DNA of 64,000 bases from Eledone cirrhosa. Taxonomy: Eukaryota. The stretch spans positions 264,120,001-264,184,000 of the forward strand of contig OZ024743.1 in NCBI GenBank assembly GCA_964016885.1, written 5' to 3'. Both the position numbers and the translations under genes were made by a program. Below, piece after piece: positions 26,929 to 40,300 of this stretch; position 1 is the stretch's first letter, and every line of letters starts with the position of its first letter. The notes beneath the pieces are model-generated. The model saw only the letters and a list, made by a program, of their open reading frames with translations. It was not told the DNA's origin and searched no databases.

Positions 26929-27124
26929 ACAGGGAGAAGGAGACGATTATGGGAGAGAAACATATTTTTTTTTCCTTTTTTGTTTCTCTCTCTCTTTTTT
27001 CTGGGTTAGAAAATGACTAAAACGAAATGTTTTACTTTGTGTGAAGTGTTAATATATTAGTGGATCTATTTATTATTTATCAATGGCATTTATTTATCTA
27101 TTTATATTTTTTATTATTGTCTAT

Positions 27125-27214
<90 letters not shown>

Positions 27215-27284
27215 GAAAACAGGGAGAAGGAGACGATTATGGGGGAGAAAAAATATATATATATATAATAATAATAATAATAAT

Positions 27285-27470
27285 TGTTTCTACGTTAGGC
27301 ACAAGACCAGCAATTATCCAGTGCATTACTGGTACTTTATTTTATCGACCCCGTAAGGATGAAAGGCAAAGTCAACCCCGGCGGGATTTGAACTCAGATC
27401 GTAAAGGGACGTAACTATGCTGGAAAGCATGGCGTCCGACCCTCTACCGATACTGCCAATCCACCGCCCT
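27285..27470 (-). mobile_element. tRNA-type SINE
   Basis: Reverse complement of 18683-18880; (TAA)n on both sides. Confidence 0.85.
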
Positions 27471-27492
27471 AATAATAATAATAATAATAATA

Positions 27493-29385
27493 AGTCCCGT
27501 GGTACAAAAGACCAGTTACTTATTGATAATAATTGTAATGAGTAATTGCAGGAGGAGGCACACTGGTCTTGCCATGGAATGGATAGATTACAAAAAAGCA
27601 TTCGACATGGTACCTCATTCTTGGATAACCAAAAGCCTAGAGATCTTCAAGGTGGCAGACAACATCAGACAGTTGTTGAGCAAAAGTATGAAGTTCTGGA
27701 AAACAGAGTTAACATCAGGTGGAGAATCCTTGGGAGACGTGAAGATCAAGAGAGGTATCTTCCAGGGAGATAGTTTGTCCCCTCTGCTGTTTGTCCTTGC
27801 CCTGATAACCTGTCCGTTATATTGCGAAAAGTGAGAGCAGGATACAAGTTGAGAAGAGGAGAGATTACCATCAATCACCTCCTCTTCATGGACGATCTTA
27901 AACTCTTTGGGAAGAGTGAGAAGGAGATGGATGTACTTGTTGACACTGTTCGTGTTTTCAGCAATTATATATGTATGGAATTCGGTATTAATAAGTGTGG
28001 AGTCCTAGTGATGAAGTGGGGCAAATTGAGCAGAAGCAACGGAATCCAGGTACAACAGTTGAGATGATAAAGAAAATTGACACTGAAGAGGGCTATAAAT
28101 ATTTAGGTGTTCTGGAGACAGCTGACATCAAAACAAAAAAATGAAGGAATCGATAAGATCTGTGTATATAAGGAGAGTAAGGAGCGTATTAAAATAATAT
28201 GTAAATAGTAGGAATGTCATAAGTGCAGTAAATTCCCGAGCTGTGTTTATTATTAGGTAGAGTGCGGGAATTCTGAAATCGAATGCTGCTGAACAAAAAG
28301 AAATGGATAGGAAGACAAGGAAACTATTGACTATCTACATGTCCCACAAGAGGAGTGATGTCGATAGACTCTACTTAAAGAGATCTGAAGGTGTGAGTGG
28401 TCTTATCAGCATAGAGGACTGTGTTCAGATGGAGAAAAACACCCTACATAAATATGTGACTGACAGTAGGGCGCGATACTCAAAATTGTACTGAGTAGAC
28501 AATAGACCAGGGGATGTCCAAGGAGGAAATAACAATAAGGAGGAAGAGAAACCTTCATGAAAAACCCATTCATAGCACCTTCTTTAAGAAAACGGAATTT
28601 AGAGATCCACAGACATGGAACTGGTTAAAAAGGGGAGACGTTAAAAAGGTACTGAAGGAATGCTAATGGCTGCGCAAGAGCAAGGTCTCAGAATGAAGTG
28701 GGTGAAACACCATAATGACAAGGAAGCTAGGTCACTGTGTAGGATCTGTGGAGAGAGAGAGCGGAGACTGTGGCTCACATTGTATCCGAGTGTAAACACC
28801 TAGCCCAGACTGACTATGAAGGCTGGAGATCAGATGTGATAGGCAGGGTGATCCAGTGGCATCTATGCAAAGTAAACAATTGACCACATTGTGAGAAGTG
28901 GTATGAGCATAAGCCATAGTCGCTCATAGAAAACGATCAGGTGAAGTTGGTAGGGGATTTTAGGATACAGGCGGACAAGAAATTAGAACACAATAGGCCT
29001 GATCTGGTGGTTTTGGACAAGGAAAAAGATCATGCCTGATTGTAGATGTAACCTGCCCATTTGACACGGGAGTGCAAGAAAAGGAAAGAGAGAAAATTAA
29101 CCGATACCACCAAGATTTAAAGAGGGTGTTAAAAATGATTTGGAACTGCCATGTAATCAAGGCTGTCACGATTGTCATTGGCGCAATAGGTACTATCTCA
29201 AAGAGTTTCCAAGGATGGTAAAAGAAGATTAGTCCAGCGCCGCTTTTTGGAACACTTCAAAAGGCATGCTTGCTGGGAACAGCAAGAACCCTCCGATACG
29301 TCCTGAATGTCTGAGGCTGCAGGTAGCGACTTGATATTCATTTCAACAAACTTTCCCGTTAAATAACATCAATGACTGAGACTCA
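27493..29385 (+). mobile_element. 5'-truncated, more decayed Dong-type copy
   Basis: WIDYKKAFD, QGDSLSP, LFMDD, RLE remnants; same 3' UTR ...GACTGAGACTCAAA-(TAA)n. Confidence 0.9.
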
Positions 29386-30497
29386 AATAATAATAATTAT
29401 AATAATAATAATAATAATAATAATAATTAGGGAAGAAGACGCATGTGGTGGATAGAAGGTCATGAAATCGCTCCCGTAAGTTTTTGATTTTTAACATATT
29501 TAAATCAATTGTGAAATAACAATTCTTAGTACAAATGATACATAAAGTACCAGACTCAAGTCTCAGAAAAATTCGGATCCACAATATATTGTTTTATCGC
29601 TCAAATATTCAATTTTGTATTATACATTTTCAAAAAAGAAAATGGTTATAAATGGAAGAAAACCCCCTCTGTCTACACTATATAGAACAGCCAAATAACA
29701 GCAATTTCACCAACACCACCTATCCCATCACTCCTCTGTGTACACTAAATACAACAACCAGATAATGGCAATTTCACCACCACCACCACCAACCCCAGCA
29801 TAATAATTATAATTACTATTATTATTGTCTCAAGTTTTCACAAAATGTTTAATTCCAATATTAAGTAAAAATATGTCAACACATATATTAAACATACGCG
29901 ACTAACCGCATAGATTCACCGATCAAACAAACTACAGTCTATTCAACAAAACTCAGTAACGACAACGCAATCACTATAGTCACCGCCGCCACCACTCCAT
30001 CCATCATTGCTGCCACTATCCCATCACCGCCGCCACCACTCCTTCATTGCTACCACTGCTATTCCCCCATTACCTTCTGTTAACTTACGAAAGGGGAAGG
30101 TGCGGTATCACTAGACAATATTAATAAACAATATTAATATTTAATTTTGGATCAGGAATGTTGGAGTCGAAAAGGAGGAAAATGGCAAAATGACTAAATA
30201 GCTAAATAGCTAAAGATAATTTTACCACCAACACCACCACCCGACCACGCTAAAAATTCTGGTCAAGTTGCCTCAACCTTTATTTCTACTTCAACTTCAG
30301 CACCATCACTACAGTACTACGATCACATCACCACCACCACTGCCTCATTATCGCTACCGCCGCTATTCTCTCCCACTACCTCCTGCTAGGGACTACTAGC
30401 ACAGCACCACCACCACAACCACCACCACTGCCTCATTATCACTACCGCCGCTAATATCTCCCACTACCTCCTGCTACATCGTAGTGTCCCCACTAAA

Positions 30498-33400
30498 AGA
30501 GGAAGGCATCAAAATATATAAATAGACTGAATTGATGACCCGGTCAAAATCAAAAAACCAAAATCAAAATCAAAGCAGCACAGCAACAACGAAAAACGTA
30601 AAGAAAAGAAAAATGAAGAGAAGAACAAACAGACGGACAGAGAAGGAAAAAAACAAACTAAGTCAAACATTCAAACATTACATTACAATGAAACATGCTT
30701 ATTCATTTTTTTTTTTTGCCTGTTTGTTTGTTTGTTTGTTCGTCTACAGCGTGATAATGCCACACAAAAATCACCGGGAGTGAAGAAATCACCGGAGGTG
30801 ATGAAATCACCAGTGGTTATATAACCATACATTCGTCAATCCTCGATAAGAGTGTTTAAATGTCGAACCTAAACAGTTCGAATAACGGTGAAGTGGAGAC
30901 TGGAATGTCATGTGACAGACTCTCACCCAACAGGTGCTCCCTGGCTCAGCAGCAGGGACCTGGCTGTCAACCAAATACTGCTGGTGTCGGAGGAAGAAGA
31001 AGAAGGAAAGGGACCAGAACCAACTGGACGAAAGCATTGAATAGAACTGTTATGCAATGTTACCTGAAGAGTAACCACCAAGAAGAAAGGCTATAGCAAA
31101 CGGATGCATAACATCTGGAACGAGATTGGTCTATTTAAATTAGATGAACAAAAATTGGCTGGGCAGGCTCGGGTAATAAGAACTAATGGGTGGATAAGCG
31201 AGCTGAAACTGGAGGAACTGAGCAGAGAGATTAAGTTGGAAATGGAGAGTGGAGTATGCCAGGCAAACGAGCCAGTGGGAAAGGAAGGTGAAGAGGTCGA
31301 GAGAACGGAGGAACCATCCGAAGCAGACAATGATCTGAATGCTGAAATAAATAATACCTGGAACAGAGATACGGCCACTGTGGAGATTAATGCTGACGGG
31401 CTAGGACAAGATTTGATGATATCCTAAACTTAGTGGTAGAAGAATTGAACAATGATAGTGGGAAACCTATGAACCTAAGATTTGTAGACAGGAAAATGTT
31501 AAAAGAAACAACAGCTAAGGTAAACAAAGTCATCCCATACATTGAAGCGAGGAGCCTTCACCAGTGCAACAATATCCTCAAAGCAACAGCAAATGCGGTG
31601 AGGAAATTACTTGGTATAAAAGCGAGAGGAAACAACAAACAAGAAAGATCAGAACCTTGGTGGAAGAAACGACTGAGTGGTCAAATCAGGTAAATGAGAA
31701 ATGACATTGGAAAGCTTGAGTCCCTACTGAATGGGACACTAAAAAACATAGACACTAAAAATAGACTGCAAATAATGTACAAAACTTGGAGGAAAAAGCT
31801 AATTATTATCATAGAGGAACTGAAGCAACGCATTGTAGCAAAGAGTGCAAAAATCAGGCGATACGAGAACAGAGTCAGTCAGTATAGACATAACCACATG
31901 TTTGACAACAACCAGAAGATGCTGTTTGGACAGCTTGAAGGGAAAGAAAGAGGCAACGACTTGATCTCTGAGGCGGAACAAACAAAAACATTCTGGAGAG
32001 GAATATGGGAGCAGGATGTTCAACATAATGACCAGGCAGTGTGGATTGAGACAGTACAGAAGGAGATTAGTGAACAGGCACACCAACACACTGATTTGAG
32101 TATCACAGTTGAAACTCTTAAGAGGCAGGCCAAAAAACTAACCAACTGGAAATCACCAGGCCCAGATGGTGTGCAGGGGTATTGGATTAAAAATATAACA
32201 CCCCTCCACCCGAAACTGCCAACCATGTTCAATGACTGCTTGATGTCAGGTGAGGTACCAGAGTGGTTGACAAAAGGTACCATAGTTCTGATAATGAAAG
32301 ACCGAATCAGGGGTAATGATGTTTCCAACTATAGACCTATCACATGTCTGTCCGTAATGTGGAAACTGTTGACAAGCATTATGTCTGAGGAAATCTACCA
32401 TCACCTCCACACAAACAACCTGTTACCGGACGAACAGAAAGTATACCGAAAGAAGTCCCGTGGTACAAAGGACCAGTTACTTATTGATAAGATGGTAATG
32501 AGGAATTGCAAGAGGAGACACACTGGTCTTGGCATGGGATGGATAGACTACGAAAAAAGGCATTTGACATGGTGTCTCATACTTGGACCACCAAAAGCCT
32601 GGAGATCTTCAAGGTGGCAGATAATATCAGACAGTTGTTGGGCAAAAGTATGAAGTCCTGGGAAACAGAGTTAACATCAGCTGGAGAATCCTTGGGAAGC
32701 GTGAAGATCAAGAGATGTAACTTCCAGGGAGATAGTCTGTCCCCTCTGTTGTTTGTCCTTGCCCTGATGCCCCTGACCAGTATACTGCGAAAAGTGAGAG
32801 CAGGATACAGGTTGGGAAAGGGAGAGCTTACCATCAATCACGACCTCTTCATGGACGATCTTAAGCACTTCGGGAAGAGTGAGAAGGAGTTGGATGTGCT
32901 TGTTGACACTGTCCGTATTTTCAGCAATGATATATGTATGCAATTTGGTATTAATAAGTGTGGAACCCTTGTGATGAAGAGGGGTAAATTGAGCAGGAGT
33001 AACGGAATCCAGGTACGAACAGGTGAGATGATAAAGGAAATTGACACTGAAGAAGGATACAAGTAATTGGGTGTTCTGGAGGCTGATGACATCAAGAACA
33101 AAAAAAATGAAGGAATTAATAAGAACTGAATACATTCGGAGAATAAGGAGCGTATTAAAGTCACATCTGAACAGTAGGAATGCCATAAGTGCAGTAAATT
33201 CCCGAGCTGTGTCTATTATTAGGTACAGTGCGGGAATTCTGAGATGGAATGTTGCTGAACAAAAAGAAATGGAAGCTATTGAGTATCTACAACATGTTCC
33301 ACAAGAGGAGTGATGTCGATAGATTCTACTTAAGGAGATCTGAGGGTGGAAGAGGTCTTATCAGCATAGAGGCCTGTGTTCAGATGGAAAAAAACAACCT

Positions 33401-34342
33401 ACACAAATACGTGACTGATAGTAAGGAGCCAATGCTCAGAGTTGTACTGAAGGAGAGGACAATAGTCCAGGGGATGTCCAAGGAGGAAATAACATCAAGG
33501 AGAAAGAGCAGCCTTCATGAAAAATCCCTTCATAGTACCTTCTTTGAGAAAACTGAATTCAGAGATCCACAGACATGGAACTGGTTGAAAAGAGGAGACC
33601 TTAAAAAGGCTACAGAAGGAATCTTAATGGCTGCGCAAGAGCAGGCCCTCAAAAGGAAGTGGTTGAAACACCATATTTACAAGGAGGAGGCTAGCCCACT
33701 GTGCAGCATCTGTGGAGAGAGAGAGGAGTCTGTGGCTCACATTGTATCCGAGTGTAAACACCTAGCCCAGACTCACTATAAGGGCTGGAGACCTGATGGG
33801 CAGGGTGATCCACTGGCACCTATGCAAAGTAAACAATTTACAACATTCTGAGAAGTGGTATGAGCATAAGCCAGAGTCGGTGATAGAAAACGATCAGGTG
33901 AAAGTGCTGTGGGATTTTAGGATACAGACGGACAAGAAACTGTAACACAATAGACCTGACCTGGTGGTTGTGAACAAAGAAAAAAGATCGTGCCTGATTG
34001 TGGATGTGGCCAGCCCATTCGACTCGAGAGTGCAAGAGAAGGAGAGGGAGAAAATTAACCGATACCAGGACTTAAAGTGGGAGGTAAAAAGGATTTGGAA
34101 CTGCCATGAAGTCAAAGTGGTCCCGATTGTCATAGGCGCACTAGGTACTATCTCAAAAAGTTTCCAGGGATGGTTAAAGAAAATTTGCCCCTTCACGCTT
34201 TTTGGAACGCTTCAAAAGGCATGGTTGTTGGGAACAGCAAGAACGCTCCGATACGTCCTGAACATCTGAGGCTGCAGGTAGTGGCTTGATATTCATTTCG
34301 ACAAACTTTCCAGTTAAATAACATCAATGACTGAGACTCAAA

Positions 34343-34344
<2 letters not shown>
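30498..34344 (+). mobile_element. Full-length Dong-type element (coding region 30860-34269, disrupted)
   Basis: Same 5' end (AGAGGAAGGCATCAAAA), coding sequence and 3' UTR as 18890-22742; (TAA)n then (GAA)n tail. Confidence 0.93.
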
Positions 34345-34427
<83 letters not shown>

Positions 34428-34839
34428 AAGAAGAAACTATTCTTAGTACAAATGGGACATAAAGCACCAGGCTTCGCTCTCAGGAAATGTACACGAATAA
34501 TATCCTGATATATCGCTCAAATATTCGATTTTGTATTATGAATTTTATATTGAAAAAAGTAAATGGTTATAAATGGAAGAAAACCCCCTCTGTCTACACT
34601 ATATAGAACAGCCAAATAACAACAATTTCACCACAACAACAACCTAGATACACCACCTATCCCACCACCCCTCTGTGTACACTAAATACAACAGCCAGAT
34701 AACGGCAATTTCACCACCAGCACCACCAATCCCAGCATAATAATAATAATTACTATTATTGTATCTCAAGGTTTCTCAAAATGTTTAATTCAAATATTAT
34801 GGAAATATGTCAACACATATATTAAACATACGCGACATA

Positions 34840-37288
34840 CGTGGAGTGAAAATGAAAAAACAAAGGAATTCCCACAAGAAATATACTTGGCAAGAGAACA
34901 TCAATTGCCAAATAAACCTTCTCCGATCTGACATAGAAATTTTAACAAACTACAATGTAGGTGATCATGTTAAACAAACTAAACTTAGAAAATTGAAAAG
35001 AAAATACAGTATAAAATCAAAAAGTGACATAGACATGCTGATAGAAATAATCAAGCAAAAAGTGTCGGCCAAAGCTGCTCGTATAAGGCGCTTTGAAAAA
35101 CGATCTAGATTCTATAAGGACAATAACATGTTCAAAAACAACCTAAGAAACTTCTACAGAAAAATTGGCAAGTCAACAATAACTGCTAAATCAATACCAC
35201 CCAAGGAGGAAATGCAATAATTCTTTGAAAAAATATGGGCCGAAGAAAAAGTTCATAATATACATGCTCCATGGATAGACAGACAAATGAAAGATACAGC
35301 TCATCTTGAGCAACAAACATGGGAAAATATAACAGTTGAACAGTTGCGTTTGGCTCTTAGAAAAACCAGAAAATTGAAATCCCCAGGAAAAGACAAAATA
35401 CCAAATTTTGGGATAAATGCCAACACAGAGTCTCATGAGCTGTTAGCCCTACTTTACAATGAAATAGTTAAGGAGACAGAAAAGATACCATCATGGCTAG
35501 TTAACGGCATTACATTCCTACTTCCGAAGAATGATGAGACAAACAATCCCAAAAATTACAGACCGATAACTTACTTGACCACAATGTATAACATTTTTAG
35601 ATCAGTCCTAACTGAATATACATATGACTACCTGAGAACAAATGATCTATTTCTCAATGAGCAGAAAGCGTGTAAACGAGGCTCATATGGCTGGAAAGGT
35701 CAGCTTTTGGTTAACAAAATGATACTGGAAGATTGTCATAATAGACACAAAATCTATCAATTGCATGGATAGATTATAAAAAAGCATTCGATAGTTTGCC
35801 ACACAGTTGGATTGAAAAATGTTTAGAGATTTTCAAAATATCCCCCGTTGTCAGGAGGTTCCTGTCATTCAGTATGAAGACATGGAAAACGACAATCCTT
35901 TTGAATAGTGAAAAAAAATCACTGGAATCTGGAGAAGTTAATATTAATTGTGGAATGTTTCAGGGTGACTCTTTATCACCGCTTTTATTCTGCATCGCAC
36001 TTATACCATTAAGTAAAATGCTCAATGAAACAAAACATGAATATAAAGTCTATGACAAAACCATTAATCACTGTTCTACATGGATGACCTGAAACTATTT
36101 GCAAAAAATGATGAACAATTGCAAGGGCCATTATCCACTGTGGAGCAGTTCATTGAGGACATTAAAATGGAGATTGGACTAGATAAATGCGCCAAAGCAA
36201 TGTCCACCAGAGAAAAGCTGCTGAAAAGTTCAGACATTAATCTTGATCGGGGGAATGTGATAAGAGAACTTGATCAAGATGAAAGATTTCAAATATCTAA
36301 GTGTTTGTGAAGGAGACGGAATCAAGCACTCAACAATGAGGGAAAGGATAAGGAAGGAATGTTACCGCATAGTAAGAGCAATCTTAAGAACGGAATTGAA
36401 TGCAAGGAATAGGATCGATGCATTAAACACGCTTGCCATACCAGTAGTAACCTACAGTTACAATGTCATCAACTGGTGAAATCGGAGACTGAAGGACTGA
36501 TTATATCAGCACAAGATCAGTGTCTGCCAACAAAAAAATTACCAAGCCAACATAATAAAAAATGGATGCAGCCCATTATGCCGTGTATGCAAAAAACAAC
36601 CAGAGACCATTGACCATATAATTTCAATGTGCAGTCCTATAGCTCCAACCGAATACCTAAACAGGCATGACAGAGCTGCACAATACATACATTGGATAAT
36701 GTGTAAGCATTTTGACCTGCCCCATCAAAAGAATTGGTGGGAGCATCAACCACCTCCCATACTTGAAAAAGATCACATCTCAATCTTGTGGAACTTTAGC
36801 ATCCAAACAGACCGAACAATAGATGCAAATAGACCTGATATAATACTGAACGACTTTAAAACGAGGATATGCCTGCTAATTGATATGTCCGTTCTAATAG
36901 ACAAGAATGTATCTATAAAAGCATTTGAAAAATTGAGCAAGTATAAGACTTGGAGATTGAAATTGGAAAAATTTGGAAATTGAGAACTAAAACAATACCA
37001 TTGGTTGTAGGCGCTCTGGGAATGATACCTAAGGGGTCTAATGATTACTTATCGCAAATCCCAGAAACCCGCGAATAGGAGAAATACAAAAGATAGTACT
37101 AATGGGAACTGCCCATATACTAAGGAAGATTCTGTCAATATAAGTACATCACAAGTCTAAACACTAAAGATGCATGTGTGAGTATGTATGTTCTTTCTTG
37201 AACATGGCGGACCTTGTTGTCTCTTGAGGTCACTGGTTGTGACTTACTGATAACTCGTATGAACATAAAGCAAGATAAATGCAACTGT
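34840..37288 (+). mobile_element. Second, divergent R4/Dong-type family; 5'-truncated with an internal deletion
   Basis: SPGKDKI, NYRPIT, QGDSLSP, MDDLKLF, RHD, WNFSIQTDRTIDANRPDI..IDMSV..EK; (TAA)n tail. Confidence 0.88.
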
Positions 37289-37304
37289 AATAATAATAAT
37301 AATA

Positions 37305-40300
37305 ATGATTTCTTTATTGGCCACAAGGGCTGATATCAAGAAAAACATCACAGACGGAACAGGACGGTACGGTGTGGGTTTTGTGCGTGTAAATATTTTT
37401 ATTATTTATATAAGAAAAGAAAAAAGACATAAAACATATATATATATAAACAATAAAATGAAAATTGAAACAATGAAAAATTCCCCAATAGGGGGGAAAC
37501 CTCCGAGGGTTACTCGTGGCGAAAACCACACAAAAGAACACGGCCACCCTGAGGGCAAGCGCCCTCTCTCAATTTTTCCATCTCTCAAACTACAGACGTA
37601 TATTCACTCGGACCATTCTCACTACATTCACCCACCTTTCAACAAACTTGCTAGAAAGCAGCACTTGCCTCTCCACCCTGATTTTCCTCTTCAAGTAAAC
37701 TTGAAAAAGTTAATTAGGGATTCGCCGAAGAGAAAAGTGTTTGTCTTTAATCCTTTTAACTTTGTCCACCACACAATCTCTTTCGCCATGGCCACCAGGC
37801 AGATGAAAACCGCCTGCCCTTCCTCCTCAAAGGAAGACGGTGAGACCATCTGCACAATGGACTCAGTCGACAACCGGATCAGTCCCACGCGACAGCAACT
37901 GTTCGACATAGCTCCACAAGTCAGCAATACTCGGGCACTGAACGAGTGCGTGCACAACGGTTTCGTCGCTATGCGCGAATCTCGGACAGGCTCGGCTGAC
38001 GGCACTTCCGTGCCTGTAGAGCTCATCTCGAACCGACAGCGCTCCCCGGTAGCACTGCCAGGCCAGGGATTTTTGGAAGTTATACATAGGCCCCGGAAGA
38101 GAGCAAACAGCTGATCTTCTTCGACGCCCAGGATCTCTCCGAGAATGTCGTCGCTCTTCCCCTCCACTAGTCCTCTATAGAACGCCGAGGTGGATGTTCC
38201 ACCGATATTGGTGCCCAACTGGGAGAGGGCAGTGAGCGCCTGGAGACATTCCAGTTTCCAAGCGCTATCCCTCGGTCTTTTTCTGACCCAGGACTGCAGA
38301 TCCGTCAAGGAGACGAGCTGTGGGAAAATGTGCCTGGCGAACGGCGACCACACCCGTTCACCATCAAAGAAGCACCAGAGATGTCGCAGCCTCAGCGCAT
38401 GTTTCCGCATCATCAGCCATGGCATGCCCAGTCATCCACGCAACGGGTGTTGACAGCAGATGGATCGTCTGACCACGGGAGCGCGTCCCTTCCACAAAAA
38501 GCGGAAGAGGAGGCGCTCCATTTTGGTGAGAGTTGGGCTGGAGCAAGTGACGACGGTCAGGCGGTAGCAGATAACGGATGCGATGTACACATTCGCCACC
38601 TCCGCCCGGCTTTTCAGGGACAGCTTCCTCTCAGCCCATTTCTGGGTGAGGGAGGCCACCCTGCTCGTCACCTCGTTTCAGTTTTTCTCCATCTGGAGGT
38701 CCGGTCCGAACCAGACCCCGAGCAATTTAACCGGTCCCTCCGTCCAACGGCCCACGACGCTGTCGGACGGCATGGACTTGCCTCTCCAGGAGCCTAGCTG
38801 CAAGCCCACCGACTTTTCCTGGTCTATCTTTGCTCCTGTCACCGCTTCGTATTCCTTGAGAGTGGTGCCGAGTATCTGGACGTGTCTGGTGCCCGACACC
38901 ACCACGGTGACGTCGTCAGCGTAAGCCGACTCGGATTTCCCGCCTCCTAGTTCGCGTGGGACGACCCTCATCACCCCAGTTTGTGCAGTAACGGCTCGAG
39001 AGCCTATATGTACAAGAGGGACGAGAGGGGACAACCCTGGCGGACTGAGCGCATGATGCTGAACGGCTGCGACAGGTGACCGTTCACCCTCACAACTGAG
39101 CAGATGTCGCTGTACTTTGCTGCGATCCAACCCCTGAAAACGGGCCCAAAACCGGCTGCCTCGAGGGGCGCCGCCAGGTACCGATAGCCGACCCTATTGA
39201 ATGCTTTGGATTGATCCAAGTTGATCAGGGCCCCACCCTTGCCAGGTTCCTTAACCACCCTCTCTACGATGTATCGCATGAGGTGGAGGTTGTCGTGTAT
39301 GGATCTGTCCGGAATGGCGCATGTCTGCGCCTCTCCCACCCGACCCTTGACGACAAGCGCCAACCTTGTTGCTAACACCTTGGCCAAAATTTTGAACTCT
39401 GTGTTTAGCAGGATTATGGGCCTGAAATTATCAATAACATCCCCCTTGTTCGGGTCTTTTCTCAGCAGCGCCACTGCTCCCCAGCTCACAAAGTTGGGAA
39501 TGCTCCCGTTCTGCTGCCAGTTGCAGTAGACGTCTGCCAAGAGGTCACCGAACAAGTCTGGCCTAAATGCATTAAGCTCGTAGAGCAGACCTTCTAAACC
39601 TGGCGATTTACCTCTTGTGCAGTTAGCCATCGCTTCCTGTATTTCACCGGCTGTTATTGGCTTTTCGGAACACTGTGCTGCGGTCGTCGGAGCCGAGGCG
39701 GTCCGTCGGGGTATGCACTGAAATGCATGCCCCTATCCGGGTCGCCGCCGCTCCCGAATAGTTCAGCAAAGTGCTGCTGAAAAGCTTGACACATCCGCTC
39801 GGGTTCGAGCATCACGCACCCGTTTTGGTCAGGCAAAGACCGAATTGTGGCTTTGTTGCCACGTCGCGCCTCGGCCACCCGGGCCCATTGGACGGCTTTT
39901 GTCCCCTCGTGTTTCAGAGCACGCGCTCTAGATCTGACAACGCAGCCTTCGTGTTTTGCGTTGAAGAATTGGTCAAGTGCCAATCTCACCGCTAGCACAT
40001 CGGTTGCGATGCCTGTCCTAAACGCCTCTTCTAGCTTTCTGACTAGCTCTCCCTCTACTCTATTTTCCTCTATCACTACTCCTTTGCTAAACCTAATCGA
40101 CTCTACTTTAATTGCCCTTTTCAGGGCGAACCACCACCTGTTGTTGACGACCGCTCCCGTCAACGCCCGCTTAACTAATACGCTAATCCGGTCTCTGTAG
40201 GCCTTGCGCGCCGGGATAGACGCGTTCAGCTTCCAGTAACCAGGCCCTTGTCTATGAAGTCTGTCTATGTCGATCTACAGATCACAAATTTGTGGTCTGT

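Noticed and set aside
30498-30600. HDV-like ribozyme expected at the R4/Dong 5' end
   Set aside because: No nested pseudoknot pairing visible by eye
37305-38114. 269-aa plus-strand ORF and similar long antisense ORFs over LINEs
   Set aside because: Shadow frames of GC-rich LINE ORF2 or low-complexity ORF1
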